DNA of 40,462 bases, taken from Bacillota bacterium. Lineage in GTDB: Bacteria > Bacillota > Dethiobacteria > DTU022. The notes under the pieces were generated by a model that was given only the letters and a program-made list of their open reading frames with translations, did no database searches and had not been told where the DNA came from. This document shows, piece by piece, positions 16,646 to 25,257 of this stretch (positions are counted from its first letter, which is position 1; each line of letters starts with the position of its first letter). The stretch is taken from contig JAAZPQ010000145.1 of assembly GCA_012797175.1 (NCBI GenBank), positions 1 to 40,462 of the forward strand. The letters run 5' to 3'. The translations under genes and the position numbers were made by a program.

Positions 16646-16926
16646 CTGCCTTTTTCTTAGACTACCAGTATAGGTTGCCCTTCTGCCAAAGGATCAATTA
16701 AACGACAGCACCTCTTGGCAGGGTAAAAAAATATCTTTACTTCGGCTGGTTGACGCCGGCCCACAGCAGCCTGCGGGAGGTCTCCTCGGGATCGCCGGAT
16801 GAAACTATCGGCGAGATGACCGCGGCGCTTTTTCATTTATTCATTGATCTTGACCCCCTTCTGCTTGGTTATGAAAAATAAATAAGTAGACCCGGGGATC
16901 TCTGAGATATGATCTACGTTTTTAAG

Positions 16927-16955
16927 TTGACTTCACGGCCTGGAGATGTTATCAT
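16927..16955 (+). promoter_or_regulatory. SigA promoter of the tRNA gene
   Basis: TTGACT-N17-TATCAT with an extended TGn motif, 20 nt upstream of the tRNA. Confidence 0.75.
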
Positions 16956-16974
16956 TTCACTTGCAGACAGCTAT

Positions 16975-17049
16975 GCGCCCGTGGTGAAAGGGATATCACG
17001 CAGGCCTCCGGAGCCTGAAGTCGGGGTTCGAATCCCTGCGGGCGCACCA
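16975..17049 (+). tRNA. tRNA-Arg (anticodon CCG)
   Basis: Acceptor GCGCCCG/CGGGCGC plus ACCA; D stem GTGA/TCAC; anticodon arm CAGGC-CTCCGGA-GCCTG; T loop TTCGAAT. Confidence 0.97.
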
Positions 17050-17056
17050 GACGATC

Positions 17057-17088
17057 GGGCAACCCACCGGTAGGGTTGCTTATTTTTT
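17057..17088 (+). terminator. Intrinsic terminator after the tRNA
   Basis: GGCAACCC/GGGTTGCT stem followed by TATTTTTT. Confidence 0.75.
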
Positions 17089-17108
17089 AACTTTTTTTGC
17101 TCTCCCTA

Positions 17109-17137
17109 TTGCCATGCTGAAAGAAACAGAATATGAT
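17109..17137 (+). promoter_or_regulatory. SigA promoter of mgtE, defining a leader of about 135 nt
   Basis: TTGCCA-N17-TATGAT. Confidence 0.65.
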
Positions 17138-17141
17138 CAGA

Positions 17142-17279
17142 TGGGCATACCATGACGACCTGAGAAGGGTGGTGGGGTTATGGAAGCAGAAGACTTTCCC
17201 GATCACGGCCGCTATCAAGTAATCAACTATTTTTTGGCAACCATGCCGCTACAAAACCCTGCCCAGGAGGTCTCTTCTC
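17142..17279 (+). ncRNA. Candidate cis-regulatory leader RNA of mgtE (not M-box)
   Basis: CAUGAC/GUUAUG stem enclosing a CCU-GAGA-AGG GNRA hairpin; GGCA-ACCA-UGCC hairpin; 5' UGGGCA complementary to UGCCCA abutting the SD. Confidence 0.4.
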
Positions 17280-18635
17280 ATGTCCATTCCCGATATCTCT
17301 TTTTTGGAACAGGTCCGTAACGAACTAGGGCCGCAGGGTTCCCCGGAGGCTCTGAATGAGCTGATCGGCGAACTGCCGCCCTATGATTTATCAATTCTGT
17401 TAAACAATCTGACCGATCCCGAACAGCTTCTCCTACTCGCTGCGCTTCCTCCCGAAACAACCGCAGAGACACTGGAGCATTTCGAACCGGTAGAGCAGTA
17501 CCGCTTTCTGGACCACCTGGACCCTGAAATCACGGCCAGCATTCTGAACCTGATGCCGAGCGACGCCATAGTAGAGCTCTTTACGGCGCTACACCCCCGG
17601 CAGACCGAGCAGCTCTTTGCGCTGCTGCGCGAGCCCTTTCAAAGCCAGATCCACGACCAGATGTCTTATCCCGAAAACAGCGCCGGCAGCCTGGCCTCGG
17701 TAGACTATATCGCCGCCCGGCGCTGGTGGACTGCAGAGCAGACCCTCGCCCATATGCGCAAGGTAAAAGCCACGGCAGAGCTCTACAATTATATCTATGT
17801 CCTCGACCACCGGGGAGAACTGGTCGGGGTGCTCTCCCTGCGGCAGCTTATCCTGGCCGATCCGGCCACCCGGCTGGAGGAGATCATGGTAAAAAAGTTA
17901 ATCACCGTGCCAGCCAAGCTCGACCAGGAGCAAGCAGCCCAACTGCTAGCCCGCTACGACCTGATCGCCCTGCCGGTGATCAGCGACAGCGGTAAAATGG
18001 TGGGCATCCTTACGGTCGACGATATCATCGATGTCCTCGAAGAAGAGGCTACCGAAGATATCCACCTGCTCGGCGGGAGCGGCCCGGTGGATACTCCTTA
18101 TTTGAAAACCAGGTTTGTTACTTTTTTCCGCAAGCGGATTGTCTGGCTGCTGCTACTTTTTGTAGCGGAAGCCTTTACCGGAAACATTCTCCGTTATTAC
18201 GAAAGCCTGCTCACCCAGGTCGTAGCTCTCTCTTTTTTCATCCCCCTGCTCATCGACACGGCCGGCAACGCCGGCACCCAGACATCGACCCTGGTGATCC
18301 GGGCGATGTCGGTCGGGGAGATCCGCAGCAGCGACTTTTTGAAGGTAATCTGGCGGGAGATGCGCCTGGGGCTAACCCTGGCCCTGCCCATGGCCGGGGT
18401 TACCTTCCTGTGGGCCATGATGCTGGGCAGCCCGGTTAATTTAAGCCTCACCGTCTCGGCCACGATAATTGTGATCATCACGTTGAGTTCTACTCTCGGA
18501 GCAATCATGCCCATTGTCGGTAAAAAATTAGGCTTCGATCCGGCGGTCTTCTCTTCCCCGATGATCACTACCCTGACCGATGCCGTGGGGCTCTTGATCT
18601 ACTTTCGCTTTGCCCGACTGCTGATGGGGCTATAA
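17280..18635 (+). CDS. mgtE: Magnesium transporter MgtE
   Basis: MgtE N-domain, YPENSAGS, CBS pair, GILTVDDIIDVLEEEATEDI, FFIPLLIDTAGNAGTQ, DPAVFSSPMITTLTDAVG; AGGAGG RBS. Confidence 0.96.
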   Translation: MSIPDISFLEQVRNELGPQGSPEALNELIGELPPYDLSILLNNLTDPEQLLLLAALPPETTAETLEHFEPVEQYRFLDHLDPEITASILNLMPSDAIVELFTALHPRQTEQLFALLREPFQSQIHDQMSYPENSAGSLASVDYIAARRWWTAEQTLAHMRKVKATAELYNYIYVLDHRGELVGVLSLRQLILADPATRLEEIMVKKLITVPAKLDQEQAAQLLARYDLIALPVISDSGKMVGILTVDDIIDVLEEEATEDIHLLGGSGPVDTPYLKTRFVTFFRKRIVWLLLLFVAEAFTGNILRYYESLLTQVVALSFFIPLLIDTAGNAGTQTSTLVIRAMSVGEIRSSDFLKVIWREMRLGLTLALPMAGVTFLWAMMLGSPVNLSLTVSATIIVIITLSSTLGAIMPIVGKKLGFDPAVFSSPMITTLTDAVGLLIYFRFARLLMGL

Positions 18636-18705
18636 CCCGAAAAGCAAAGGAATAAGAGGCCGCCGCCTGCCCCCGGCCCGGCAGCAGTTCATTGGGCCCC
18701 GGCCA

Positions 18706-19086
18706 CTAAAAGATATTTCTAAGCGAGGGCACTTCGGTATCTATAATTCTTTTGGCCTGGCGCATAGCCACGACCAGCTCGACCAGAAGCTCTTCCCGGT
18801 TTTGTAATTCGGCCAGCTTGAGCACCCTGGCCAGCGATTCGTCCAGATGGTCTACCTGGCGGTGATCCATAATCGGGGTCCAGGAAGCATCTGTCCGGGT
18901 CCAGATCTCTTTAAGCTGCTCTGATTCACGCTGCGCCGCGGTCCAATCCCCTTTTTCAGCAGCATGGTGAATCCGGTGCAGGCTATCCTGAAGTTGGCTG
19001 TATAAAGCAGTAGTGTAGAAAAAAAGGGAAAACGCGCCAACAAGAACGATCAGCAGCAAAGTGATGGCTATCCAGACTGTCTTCAT
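18706..19086 (-). CDS. DUF4363 family protein
   Basis: N-terminal TM segment, W...DHRQVDHLD motif; translationally coupled to the DUF421 gene. Confidence 0.75.
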   Translation of the reverse strand: MKTVWIAITLLLIVLVGAFSLFFYTTALYSQLQDSLHRIHHAAEKGDWTAAQRESEQLKEIWTRTDASWTPIMDHRQVDHLDESLARVLKLAELQNREELLVELVVAMRQAKRIIDTEVPSLRNIF

Positions 19087-19769
19087 TGTCTTTTTTTAGT
19101 CTCCTTCCGCTGCACATAGAGCTCCCCCTCGGTATCCAGGCTGGCAAAAAGAACATCTTTAAAATCGTTAATCCCCAGCTTTTTCATCTCATTCTGCAGC
19201 CAGAGCAGATCCAGCTTGGTTTTACCCAGATTCTCATGGTTCACATTGCCATCGACAATTAAAGGGTGGGGAACCCCCTCATAGTTCGTTTCAATCTGCA
19301 GATCGCGAGGTTGGACCGGCCGGCATTGTGACTTGGGGATGATACTGATATCGCCGTTGGTTTCAAAAATGGCAAACTCGACGTCGGTGATATTATGGTA
19401 GCCGCAGATACGCAGCTGCTCGAGCAGATCGTTGATATTCAGGTGCATCTCCCGCAGCTCCGATTCAATGATCTTTCCGTTCTGGATAATGATGCTGGGC
19501 CGCCCGCAGACTACCGAGCGCACCTTCTCGCTTCTCTGGGCGGCATACGAGGTTAATACCTGGAAAGCCACGAGCAAGATGATCGGGATAATGCTGTTAA
19601 AGAGAGGGATAGCGATATCCTCCATGGGGATAGCGGCCAGCGCGGAGACCATAATCAATACGGCCAGCTCATAAGGCTGTAGCTGGCCGATCTGCCGCTT
19701 CCCCATGATCCGCATGGAGACAATTACCAGGACAAAAAGAATCAGCGTCCGAAACATAACCACAAACAT
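19083..19769 (-). CDS. DUF421 (YetF/YrbG-like) membrane protein
   Basis: RIMGKRQIGQLQPYEL, GRPSIIIQNGKI, QLR..G...I.DVEFAIFETNGDISIIPK. Confidence 0.9.
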   Translation of the reverse strand: MFVVMFRTLILFVLVIVSMRIMGKRQIGQLQPYELAVLIMVSALAAIPMEDIAIPLFNSIIPIILLVAFQVLTSYAAQRSEKVRSVVCGRPSIIIQNGKIIESELREMHLNINDLLEQLRICGYHNITDVEFAIFETNGDISIIPKSQCRPVQPRDLQIETNYEGVPHPLIVDGNVNHENLGKTKLDLLWLQNEMKKLGINDFKDVLFASLDTEGELYVQRKETKKRQ

Positions 19770-20037
19770 CTTCTTCGCTCCTTTAATATCTGTATCGCCA
19801 GGCCCAGAACCGCTAAAACAACCGCTACATCTATAGCATAAGAAAAAAGGAGCGCTTCATACCTCTTTAGATAAAAGCTTGCCGCGCCCTACCAGGGCGG
19901 CAGGTAAAGCCTTCAGCTTTTCACCACTTTAGGCAGAATTAAGAAGTTGTTATACCCAGCAGCAGGAGAAGAATTCTAAAGTCGAGAATTAAAACAGGTA
20001 ATGCGCCGATTAATCTGTCTAAGAAAGGAGAGCCGCT

Positions 20038-20562
20038 GTGGCTGATCATAAAATAGAAACCTGTGCCTTCTGCGGTCGGCAAATTTTACCTCGGGAGAGC
20101 CGGGTAGTCTGCAGCAGCTGCAACAGGCTCTACCACATGGTCTGCTGGGGTGAAACCGGCCGCTGCCGGTCTTGCGGGTGTAAAGGAGAACCGGTCTATC
20201 ACCCGGTTGGTGAAACAGAAAGCGAAGAGGCGCCGCCCCCCTCATCTTCACCCTCCCCGGTTCCGGACAATCTGCAGAATCACCTGGCCTGGGCGATCCT
20301 GGCCACGATCTTCTGCTGCATCCCTTTTGGTATTGTGGCCATCGTCTATGCCGCCCAGGTCAACGCCCATCTAGCAGCGGGCAACTATGAAGCAGCTTTA
20401 CAGGCTTCTTCTACAGCCCGAAACTGGTGTTTAGCGGCTACCATAACCGGCTTGCTCCGCCCGCTGCTCTATATCCTATTTATGGGAACATTTTTCATGA
20501 GGTTGTTTCCCCGATATAGGTTTAATGCCTTCTTGGCGGTTCTTCTAACGATTGGCAATTAG
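20038..20562 (+). CDS. Prokaryotic RING-like zinc finger fused to a CD225/dispanin domain
   Basis: CAFC...VVCSSC..LYH..CW...G.C..CGC, then a Pro/Ser linker, then NHLAWAILATIFCCIPFGIVAIVYAAQV...G.YE.A..AS..AR. Confidence 0.8.
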   Translation: MADHKIETCAFCGRQILPRESRVVCSSCNRLYHMVCWGETGRCRSCGCKGEPVYHPVGETESEEAPPPSSSPSPVPDNLQNHLAWAILATIFCCIPFGIVAIVYAAQVNAHLAAGNYEAALQASSTARNWCLAATITGLLRPLLYILFMGTFFMRLFPRYRFNAFLAVLLTIGN

Positions 20563-20565
20563 GCT

Positions 20566-21054
20566 TTGGGAGCGATCTGCTCAAGAAATGACCTGTCAGC
20601 TATGAAACTGTTTTCACTACTCGACCCGGTAAAAGCCGGCCGCAGCGAGAGGCTGCTGGCATTGCTCCTGGTCTCGATAGCCGTAGGAGGGCTATTTTAT
20701 TTTTGGAGCTATGATCCGGCCTCTCCCCTGGTACAGGTGCCCCCCTGCCCCTTCCGGACGCTGACCGGGCTTTACTGCCCGGGATGCGGCAGCCGCAGCG
20801 CCCTAATCCAGCTAGCCCACGGCAACCTTTATGCCGCCTGGCGTTTAAATCCGCTGCTGATCCTCTTTTTGCCGGCGGCGGGCCTTTTTCTGCTCTCCCA
20901 GGTAAGAATCCTCTTGACCGGGCGCTCTCTCCCCCGCCTTTTTCTGCATCCCACCCTGGCCTGGGCTATTTTTTACCTAATCTTGGCCTACTGGATCTTT
21001 CGCAATATTCCCCTCTACCCTTTTAACCTGTTACAACCCACCATTGTAAATTGA
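20566..21054 (+). CDS. DUF2752 membrane protein
   Basis: CPFRTLTGLYCPGCG.RSA...L.HG....A...NP; true start may be ATG 20602. Confidence 0.8.
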   Translation: MGAICSRNDLSAMKLFSLLDPVKAGRSERLLALLLVSIAVGGLFYFWSYDPASPLVQVPPCPFRTLTGLYCPGCGSRSALIQLAHGNLYAAWRLNPLLILFLPAAGLFLLSQVRILLTGRSLPRLFLHPTLAWAIFYLILAYWIFRNIPLYPFNLLQPTIVN

Positions 21055-21104
21055 ACTTTCTTTACCCGCCACAACGCCCTGCAGATCTACAAGGGCGCTC
21101 CCGG

Positions 21105-21869
21105 TTAACACTGCCAAGCATCTTCAAAAAGATGCAGCTGAAGCGGCAAGAGAACTTTAAACGCCTCGGCCAGCTCAAAACCCCTTCCGACGGCATGCTC
21201 GCGTGCCTTCGCCGTAAGGTAAGCACCAACCATCTCCAGGTTATCGGGGCTAAACTGGCTCTCATGTTTTTTTAACGCGGCCAGCTTTAAGGCCCAGGTG
21301 TCGGTGACATCGATAAAGGTGTTTGGACGCGAGGTGGCATAGAAAGCCACCGCCTGCGGAGCGTGCGGGGCCAAGCCTTCAGCAAGATGCTGCGGGCAGG
21401 CATGCGGGTAACCGCTCAGCAGAACCGCCTCCGCCGCGGCCAGGCCGCTGGTCCGGTGATCAGAATGAGCCTCGTAGGGCAGCCAGGGATCCATCACCAT
21501 GAGCAGATCCGGGCGGACCCGCCGCACCGCCTCGATAATCTTTTCACGCACCGCGGACAGCTGCAGATTCCCACCATCCGGGAAATCAAGCCAGATCATC
21601 CCTGTTACCCCAAGCAGAAGAGCAGCTTCTTCTCCTTCGCGGCGGCGAATACGCACCAGCTCACCTGGTTCGAGCGAAGGATCTTGCGTGCCCACACCGC
21701 CGTCGGTTACGGTCAGGTAAACCACTCTGGCACCGGCCTGGACCAGCCTAGCCACTGTGGCGCCGGCACCGATCTCCCCATCATCAGGATGCGCCTGCAC
21801 GCAGAGAACCCGGCGCATTGACAGGAGATCCGGAACCGGGAACAGCTCTTTAACCTGGATTCGGGGCAT
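21105..21869 (-). CDS. PIG-L / LmbE family zinc de-N-acetylase
   Basis: AHPDD, VTDGG.G, RRREGEEAA..LG, HSDH, WALKLAALKKHESQ. Confidence 0.9.
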   Translation of the reverse strand: MPRIQVKELFPVPDLLSMRRVLCVQAHPDDGEIGAGATVARLVQAGARVVYLTVTDGGVGTQDPSLEPGELVRIRRREGEEAALLLGVTGMIWLDFPDGGNLQLSAVREKIIEAVRRVRPDLLMVMDPWLPYEAHSDHRTSGLAAAEAVLLSGYPHACPQHLAEGLAPHAPQAVAFYATSRPNTFIDVTDTWALKLAALKKHESQFSPDNLEMVGAYLTAKAREHAVGRGFELAEAFKVLLPLQLHLFEDAWQC

Positions 21870-21909
21870 CCTTTTGTCCGCTCCTTTCCAGGGAAACCAC
21901 CTCTTTCAT

Positions 21910-23214
21910 TTAGGCAGTGATGGTAAAATGCTGCTCCTGGAACTGTGGCTGGCCTTCATAGCGTGCCGCCAGGGAGGCCCGGTATTGCACATAGTCGTCA
22001 AAATCAGCGTTGATTCCGTGCTCGTTCAAGATACGGACAATATCCTCTGTCCGCGGCGGGCAACCCTTAATCGGCACCGCTTCGTTGATCAGAGGATTGT
22101 CGCGGTTTGCCCGGATGATACAGTTGCCAAAAAGAAAAGTCTTCGCAAAGCCGCCCTTTGAACGGGCCACCTTCCCGGTGAGAAATTCGATATTGCCAAA
22201 CGGCTCCCCGGTATAGGCGCCGAGAAGTAAAATCAGGAGCATATTGTTTAAAAACGAGCATCCCGAGCAGATTGTATCGTCGTACTTGGGATAGTAAATC
22301 CCGCTGATACCCATTCTGCCGAAGGCGGTCGGGCCAGAATTATCTTCAAGCCAGCCCCAATCCCACCTTAACGGCATAACATGGTCAGACAGCTTTTCAC
22401 CCTTGATCTCGACATTGCTTCCATCCAGGGGCAGATCATGCCGGCGGGCATGTTCGGCCAGGTGCCCGATTTCGTCCGGTCTCATCCCCAGGAGCATCGT
22501 CCCGGTAACATCGGCAGCAAACATATCCCGTGATGCGATCAGAAGATCGGCACGGTGGGCGGTCCCGTTGACCGCCGGGCCGCGATCGAGAGCGTAGATC
22601 CCGTCGATCAGGGTCAGCGCCGGGGCCAGCTTCTCCCCAATACGCTGGATAAACCGGTCCAGAGGGATCTCCGGATGATGGCAGAAAACCTTGGAGCGTC
22701 GGGCCAGGCATCCCTTCAGGTTTTTGAAACCAAGAGTAACCTTTGTCGAATTATGCGTTTTCAGAACCGGCAGGTTGATTATAAAGTCTGCCTCCAGCAC
22801 CGGAGCAGCGATACTCAGCGAAAAGCCGTCGAACTCGATTTTTTCATAAGGCCCCCGGTTAAGATCACACAACTTTACACCATACTTTTTTTCCAGGTAC
22901 GGATAGCCCATCCCCCGGTAAGCCGCCATAGTCCCCGAGTTTATATCCTTGTCTTCAGTCGTCGCCTCGGCAATGGTAATATCGCTGCAGCCGTGCTCCT
23001 TGAGCAGCTTGACCATCTCTTCGACTACCACCGCCGTGGTAATCACCCCGAACTTGGGATAGGGCAGAGCTTCGTCCCACATCACCAGGTTGGGCTTCAA
23101 CAGCACCTTCTTTTCCGGGGTCAGCTCTTTAAACCCATCGCACTTCTCTACGGCCCGGCGGATATTTGCCCGCTGATCGGCAAACTTAACCAGGCTCACC
23201 TTTGTCAACTCCAT
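21910..23214 (-). CDS. DUF362 domain protein with a C-terminal Cys-rich (probable Fe-S) domain
   Basis: VLLKPNLV, INLPVLKTH, TLGFKNLKGC, LTLIDGI; C-terminal CSGC, LFGNC, KGCPP. Confidence 0.75.
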   Translation of the reverse strand: MELTKVSLVKFADQRANIRRAVEKCDGFKELTPEKKVLLKPNLVMWDEALPYPKFGVITTAVVVEEMVKLLKEHGCSDITIAEATTEDKDINSGTMAAYRGMGYPYLEKKYGVKLCDLNRGPYEKIEFDGFSLSIAAPVLEADFIINLPVLKTHNSTKVTLGFKNLKGCLARRSKVFCHHPEIPLDRFIQRIGEKLAPALTLIDGIYALDRGPAVNGTAHRADLLIASRDMFAADVTGTMLLGMRPDEIGHLAEHARRHDLPLDGSNVEIKGEKLSDHVMPLRWDWGWLEDNSGPTAFGRMGISGIYYPKYDDTICSGCSFLNNMLLILLLGAYTGEPFGNIEFLTGKVARSKGGFAKTFLFGNCIIRANRDNPLINEAVPIKGCPPRTEDIVRILNEHGINADFDDYVQYRASLAARYEGQPQFQEQHFTITA

Positions 23215-23340
23215 CGACAGGCAGCCTCCTTTTCCAAAATATTAAGAAATGTTCTTATTCCCTGATTGAATTTTAACAGCTTCGAGAAAGTTGTTCAACT
23301 GGGATGAGCTTCCAACCCCCACCCTTAAGCAAAATCTAGG

Positions 23341-23375
23341 AAAAAAGCTAGCTGAAAAGCACCTCAGCTAGCTTT
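23341..23375 (-). terminator. Intrinsic terminator downstream of ade
   Basis: AAAGCTAGCTGA/TCAGCTAGCTTT stem with a T-tract on the minus strand. Confidence 0.7.
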
Positions 23376-23386
23376 AAAGTAATCCG

Positions 23387-23429
23387 TTTAGGTGACAAGA
23401 GAAACGTCCCCCTGTCACCCCCTGTCACC
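23387..23429. repeat. 33-bp REP-like repeat, copy 2, with a 10-bp tandem duplication of one arm
   Basis: TTTAGGTGACAAGAGAAACGTCCCCCTGTCACC followed by CCCTGTCACC; overlaps the ade stop codon. Confidence 0.9.
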
Positions 23430-25140
23430 CCTCGAAGAGGCCGCGATCTGTAATTTTCAGGTGCGGAACTACCGGTAGGGCCAGGAAGGAGAGTGTTAAA
23501 AAAGGCTGAGGCGGAGCCGCTCCAAGGGCCTGTGCGGCGGCAGTGACCCTCGCAAGGGCCGCAGCTACCTTGGCGGCGGGCTCTGGGGAGATTAAACCGG
23601 CCACCGGCAGGGGCAGCAGGGCAGAGACTTCTGCCCTGCCGTCAGCCACGGCAAAGCCGCCCCCGGCCCGGGCCAAGGCATTTACCGCTGCCGCCATGGC
23701 CGCCTCTTCAACCCCGGCCACGATAATATTATGCGAATCGTGCGCCACGCTTGAAGCGATCGCTCCCTGTTGTATCCCCAGCCCCCGGAGCAGCCCTTTT
23801 GCTATCCGCCCGCTCCGCCGGTGCCGCTCAACCACGGCAATTTTAATGATATCGCGCTGCGGGTCCGCCTGCACGGCCCCGTTCTCATCGCGCCTCGGTT
23901 CAAGTAGCAGCTTTTCGGTGATAATCTGCTCCGGGATGATCCCGATGACCGGAACAACCCCGGGCCCGGCCTTAAAGATAAAGTCTTCCGCCTGCAGCGG
24001 GCGCAGCAAACGGACAGTCTGAAGATGATCTTCCTCCGGCGGATAAGAGGCTATTTCGGTAGCCAGGGCTCCCTCCCGGGCCACTACCCGCCCATCCTTA
24101 ATCACCAGCCGGGCATTAAAGTTCTGCAGATCATCGACCACCACCAGGTTGGCCCGGTAACCGGGCGCCACCGCCCCATAGCCGGTCAGCCCGTAATGCA
24201 ACGCCGGGTTAAGCGTAGCCATCTGCACCGCGGCAACCGGATCACAACCCTGCCCCACCGCCCGGCGTAAAATCTCATCGATGTGGCCCGCAGAGAGAAG
24301 CTCTCCCGCCTCCTTATCGTCAGAACCGAACATAAACCAACGGCTGCCGGCTGCCTCTACGGCAGGCAGAAGAGCAGACAGGTTGCGGGCAGCAGAACCT
24401 TCGCGGATAATCACCCTCATCCCGTGGCTAACCTTCTCCAGGGCCTCGGCCGCGCTGACACATTCGTGGTCCGTGGAGATACCCGCAGTAAGGTAGGCCT
24501 GCAGGTCCGGCCCGCCCATCCCTGGCAAGTGCCCGTCAACCGGCTTGCCCCGCCGCCGCGCCGCGGCAATTTTCGCCGCCACCGCCTTATCGCCGTGAAT
24601 CACCCCCGAAAAGTTCATCATTTCGGCCAGGCCTACCATGCGCGGGTGGTCCAGCAGCCGCTCCACCTGCCCCGGTGTAATCTCACCCCCGGTGGTCTCC
24701 ATCTCTGTCGCCGGAACACAGGAGGGCACCGTAAAATAAAAATCGAGAGGTAGGTTTTCCGACGCTTTGAGCATAAAGGTAATCCCCGCCTCTCCGAGAA
24801 CATTGGCGATCTCGTGGGGGTCGGCGATAACCGACGTGGTTCCATGGGGCAGCACCGCTGCAGCGAATTGCGCCGGTAAAAGCAGGGTGCTTTCAAGATG
24901 GATATGAGCATCGATGAACCCCGGGATAATACAGCTCCCGGCCAGGTCGATAACCTCCTCCCCCGCGGGATAACCCGATCCGATCGCCGCAATCGTCCCG
25001 CCCTTAATCAACAGGTCGGCCTCATTAATTTCCCGGGTAAAGAGGTTGACCACCTTGCCCCCCCGGAGCATCAACGAGGCTGGCCTGACGCCCCGGGCAA
25101 CCTCACTTACCGCTTTTAGCTCTTCGGCAAACATAAGCAA
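23425..25140 (-). CDS. ade: Adenine deaminase
   Basis: PGFIDAHIHLES, HGTT..IADPHEIANVLG, GLAEMMNF, DGH.PG, TDHEC, REGSAARNL, SDDK, SSVAHDSHN, PFLTLSFLALPVVP.LKITDRGL. Confidence 0.95.
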   Translation of the reverse strand: MLMFAEELKAVSEVARGVRPASLMLRGGKVVNLFTREINEADLLIKGGTIAAIGSGYPAGEEVIDLAGSCIIPGFIDAHIHLESTLLLPAQFAAAVLPHGTTSVIADPHEIANVLGEAGITFMLKASENLPLDFYFTVPSCVPATEMETTGGEITPGQVERLLDHPRMVGLAEMMNFSGVIHGDKAVAAKIAAARRRGKPVDGHLPGMGGPDLQAYLTAGISTDHECVSAAEALEKVSHGMRVIIREGSAARNLSALLPAVEAAGSRWFMFGSDDKEAGELLSAGHIDEILRRAVGQGCDPVAAVQMATLNPALHYGLTGYGAVAPGYRANLVVVDDLQNFNARLVIKDGRVVAREGALATEIASYPPEEDHLQTVRLLRPLQAEDFIFKAGPGVVPVIGIIPEQIITEKLLLEPRRDENGAVQADPQRDIIKIAVVERHRRSGRIAKGLLRGLGIQQGAIASSVAHDSHNIIVAGVEEAAMAAAVNALARAGGGFAVADGRAEVSALLPLPVAGLISPEPAAKVAAALARVTAAAQALGAAPPQPFLTLSFLALPVVPHLKITDRGLFEG

Positions 25141-25257
25141 AACACATCCTTAGAGATATTGCTAAGCCTCGTGGAACGCCTCCCCTGAAGCAGGAACCCC
25201 TTCTCCCATTAGCGAATAAAGTTTAAGTCAAAAGTCAACCTCTACCTGTGGAGGCAA

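Noticed and set aside
16806-16840. Sigma-28 -10 box (GCCGATAG) upstream of the GT4 gene
   Set aside because: The nearest TAAA is 23 nt away, not 14-15; the motif is part of a local hairpin
17140-17280. M-box (ykoK) riboswitch upstream of mgtE
   Set aside because: Leader is short and I could not find the M-box conserved blocks or a terminator; reported instead as an unknown leader
16975-21054. Genomic island integrated at tRNA-Arg
   Set aside because: No integrase, no duplicated tRNA 3' end in the window, no evident compositional shift
25141-25257. Purine riboswitch before ade, and a CtsR box (AGTCAAA-AGTCAAC at 25226-25239)
   Set aside because: No purine aptamer core seen; the heptads lack the 3-nt spacer of CtsR sites and may just be divergent -35 elements
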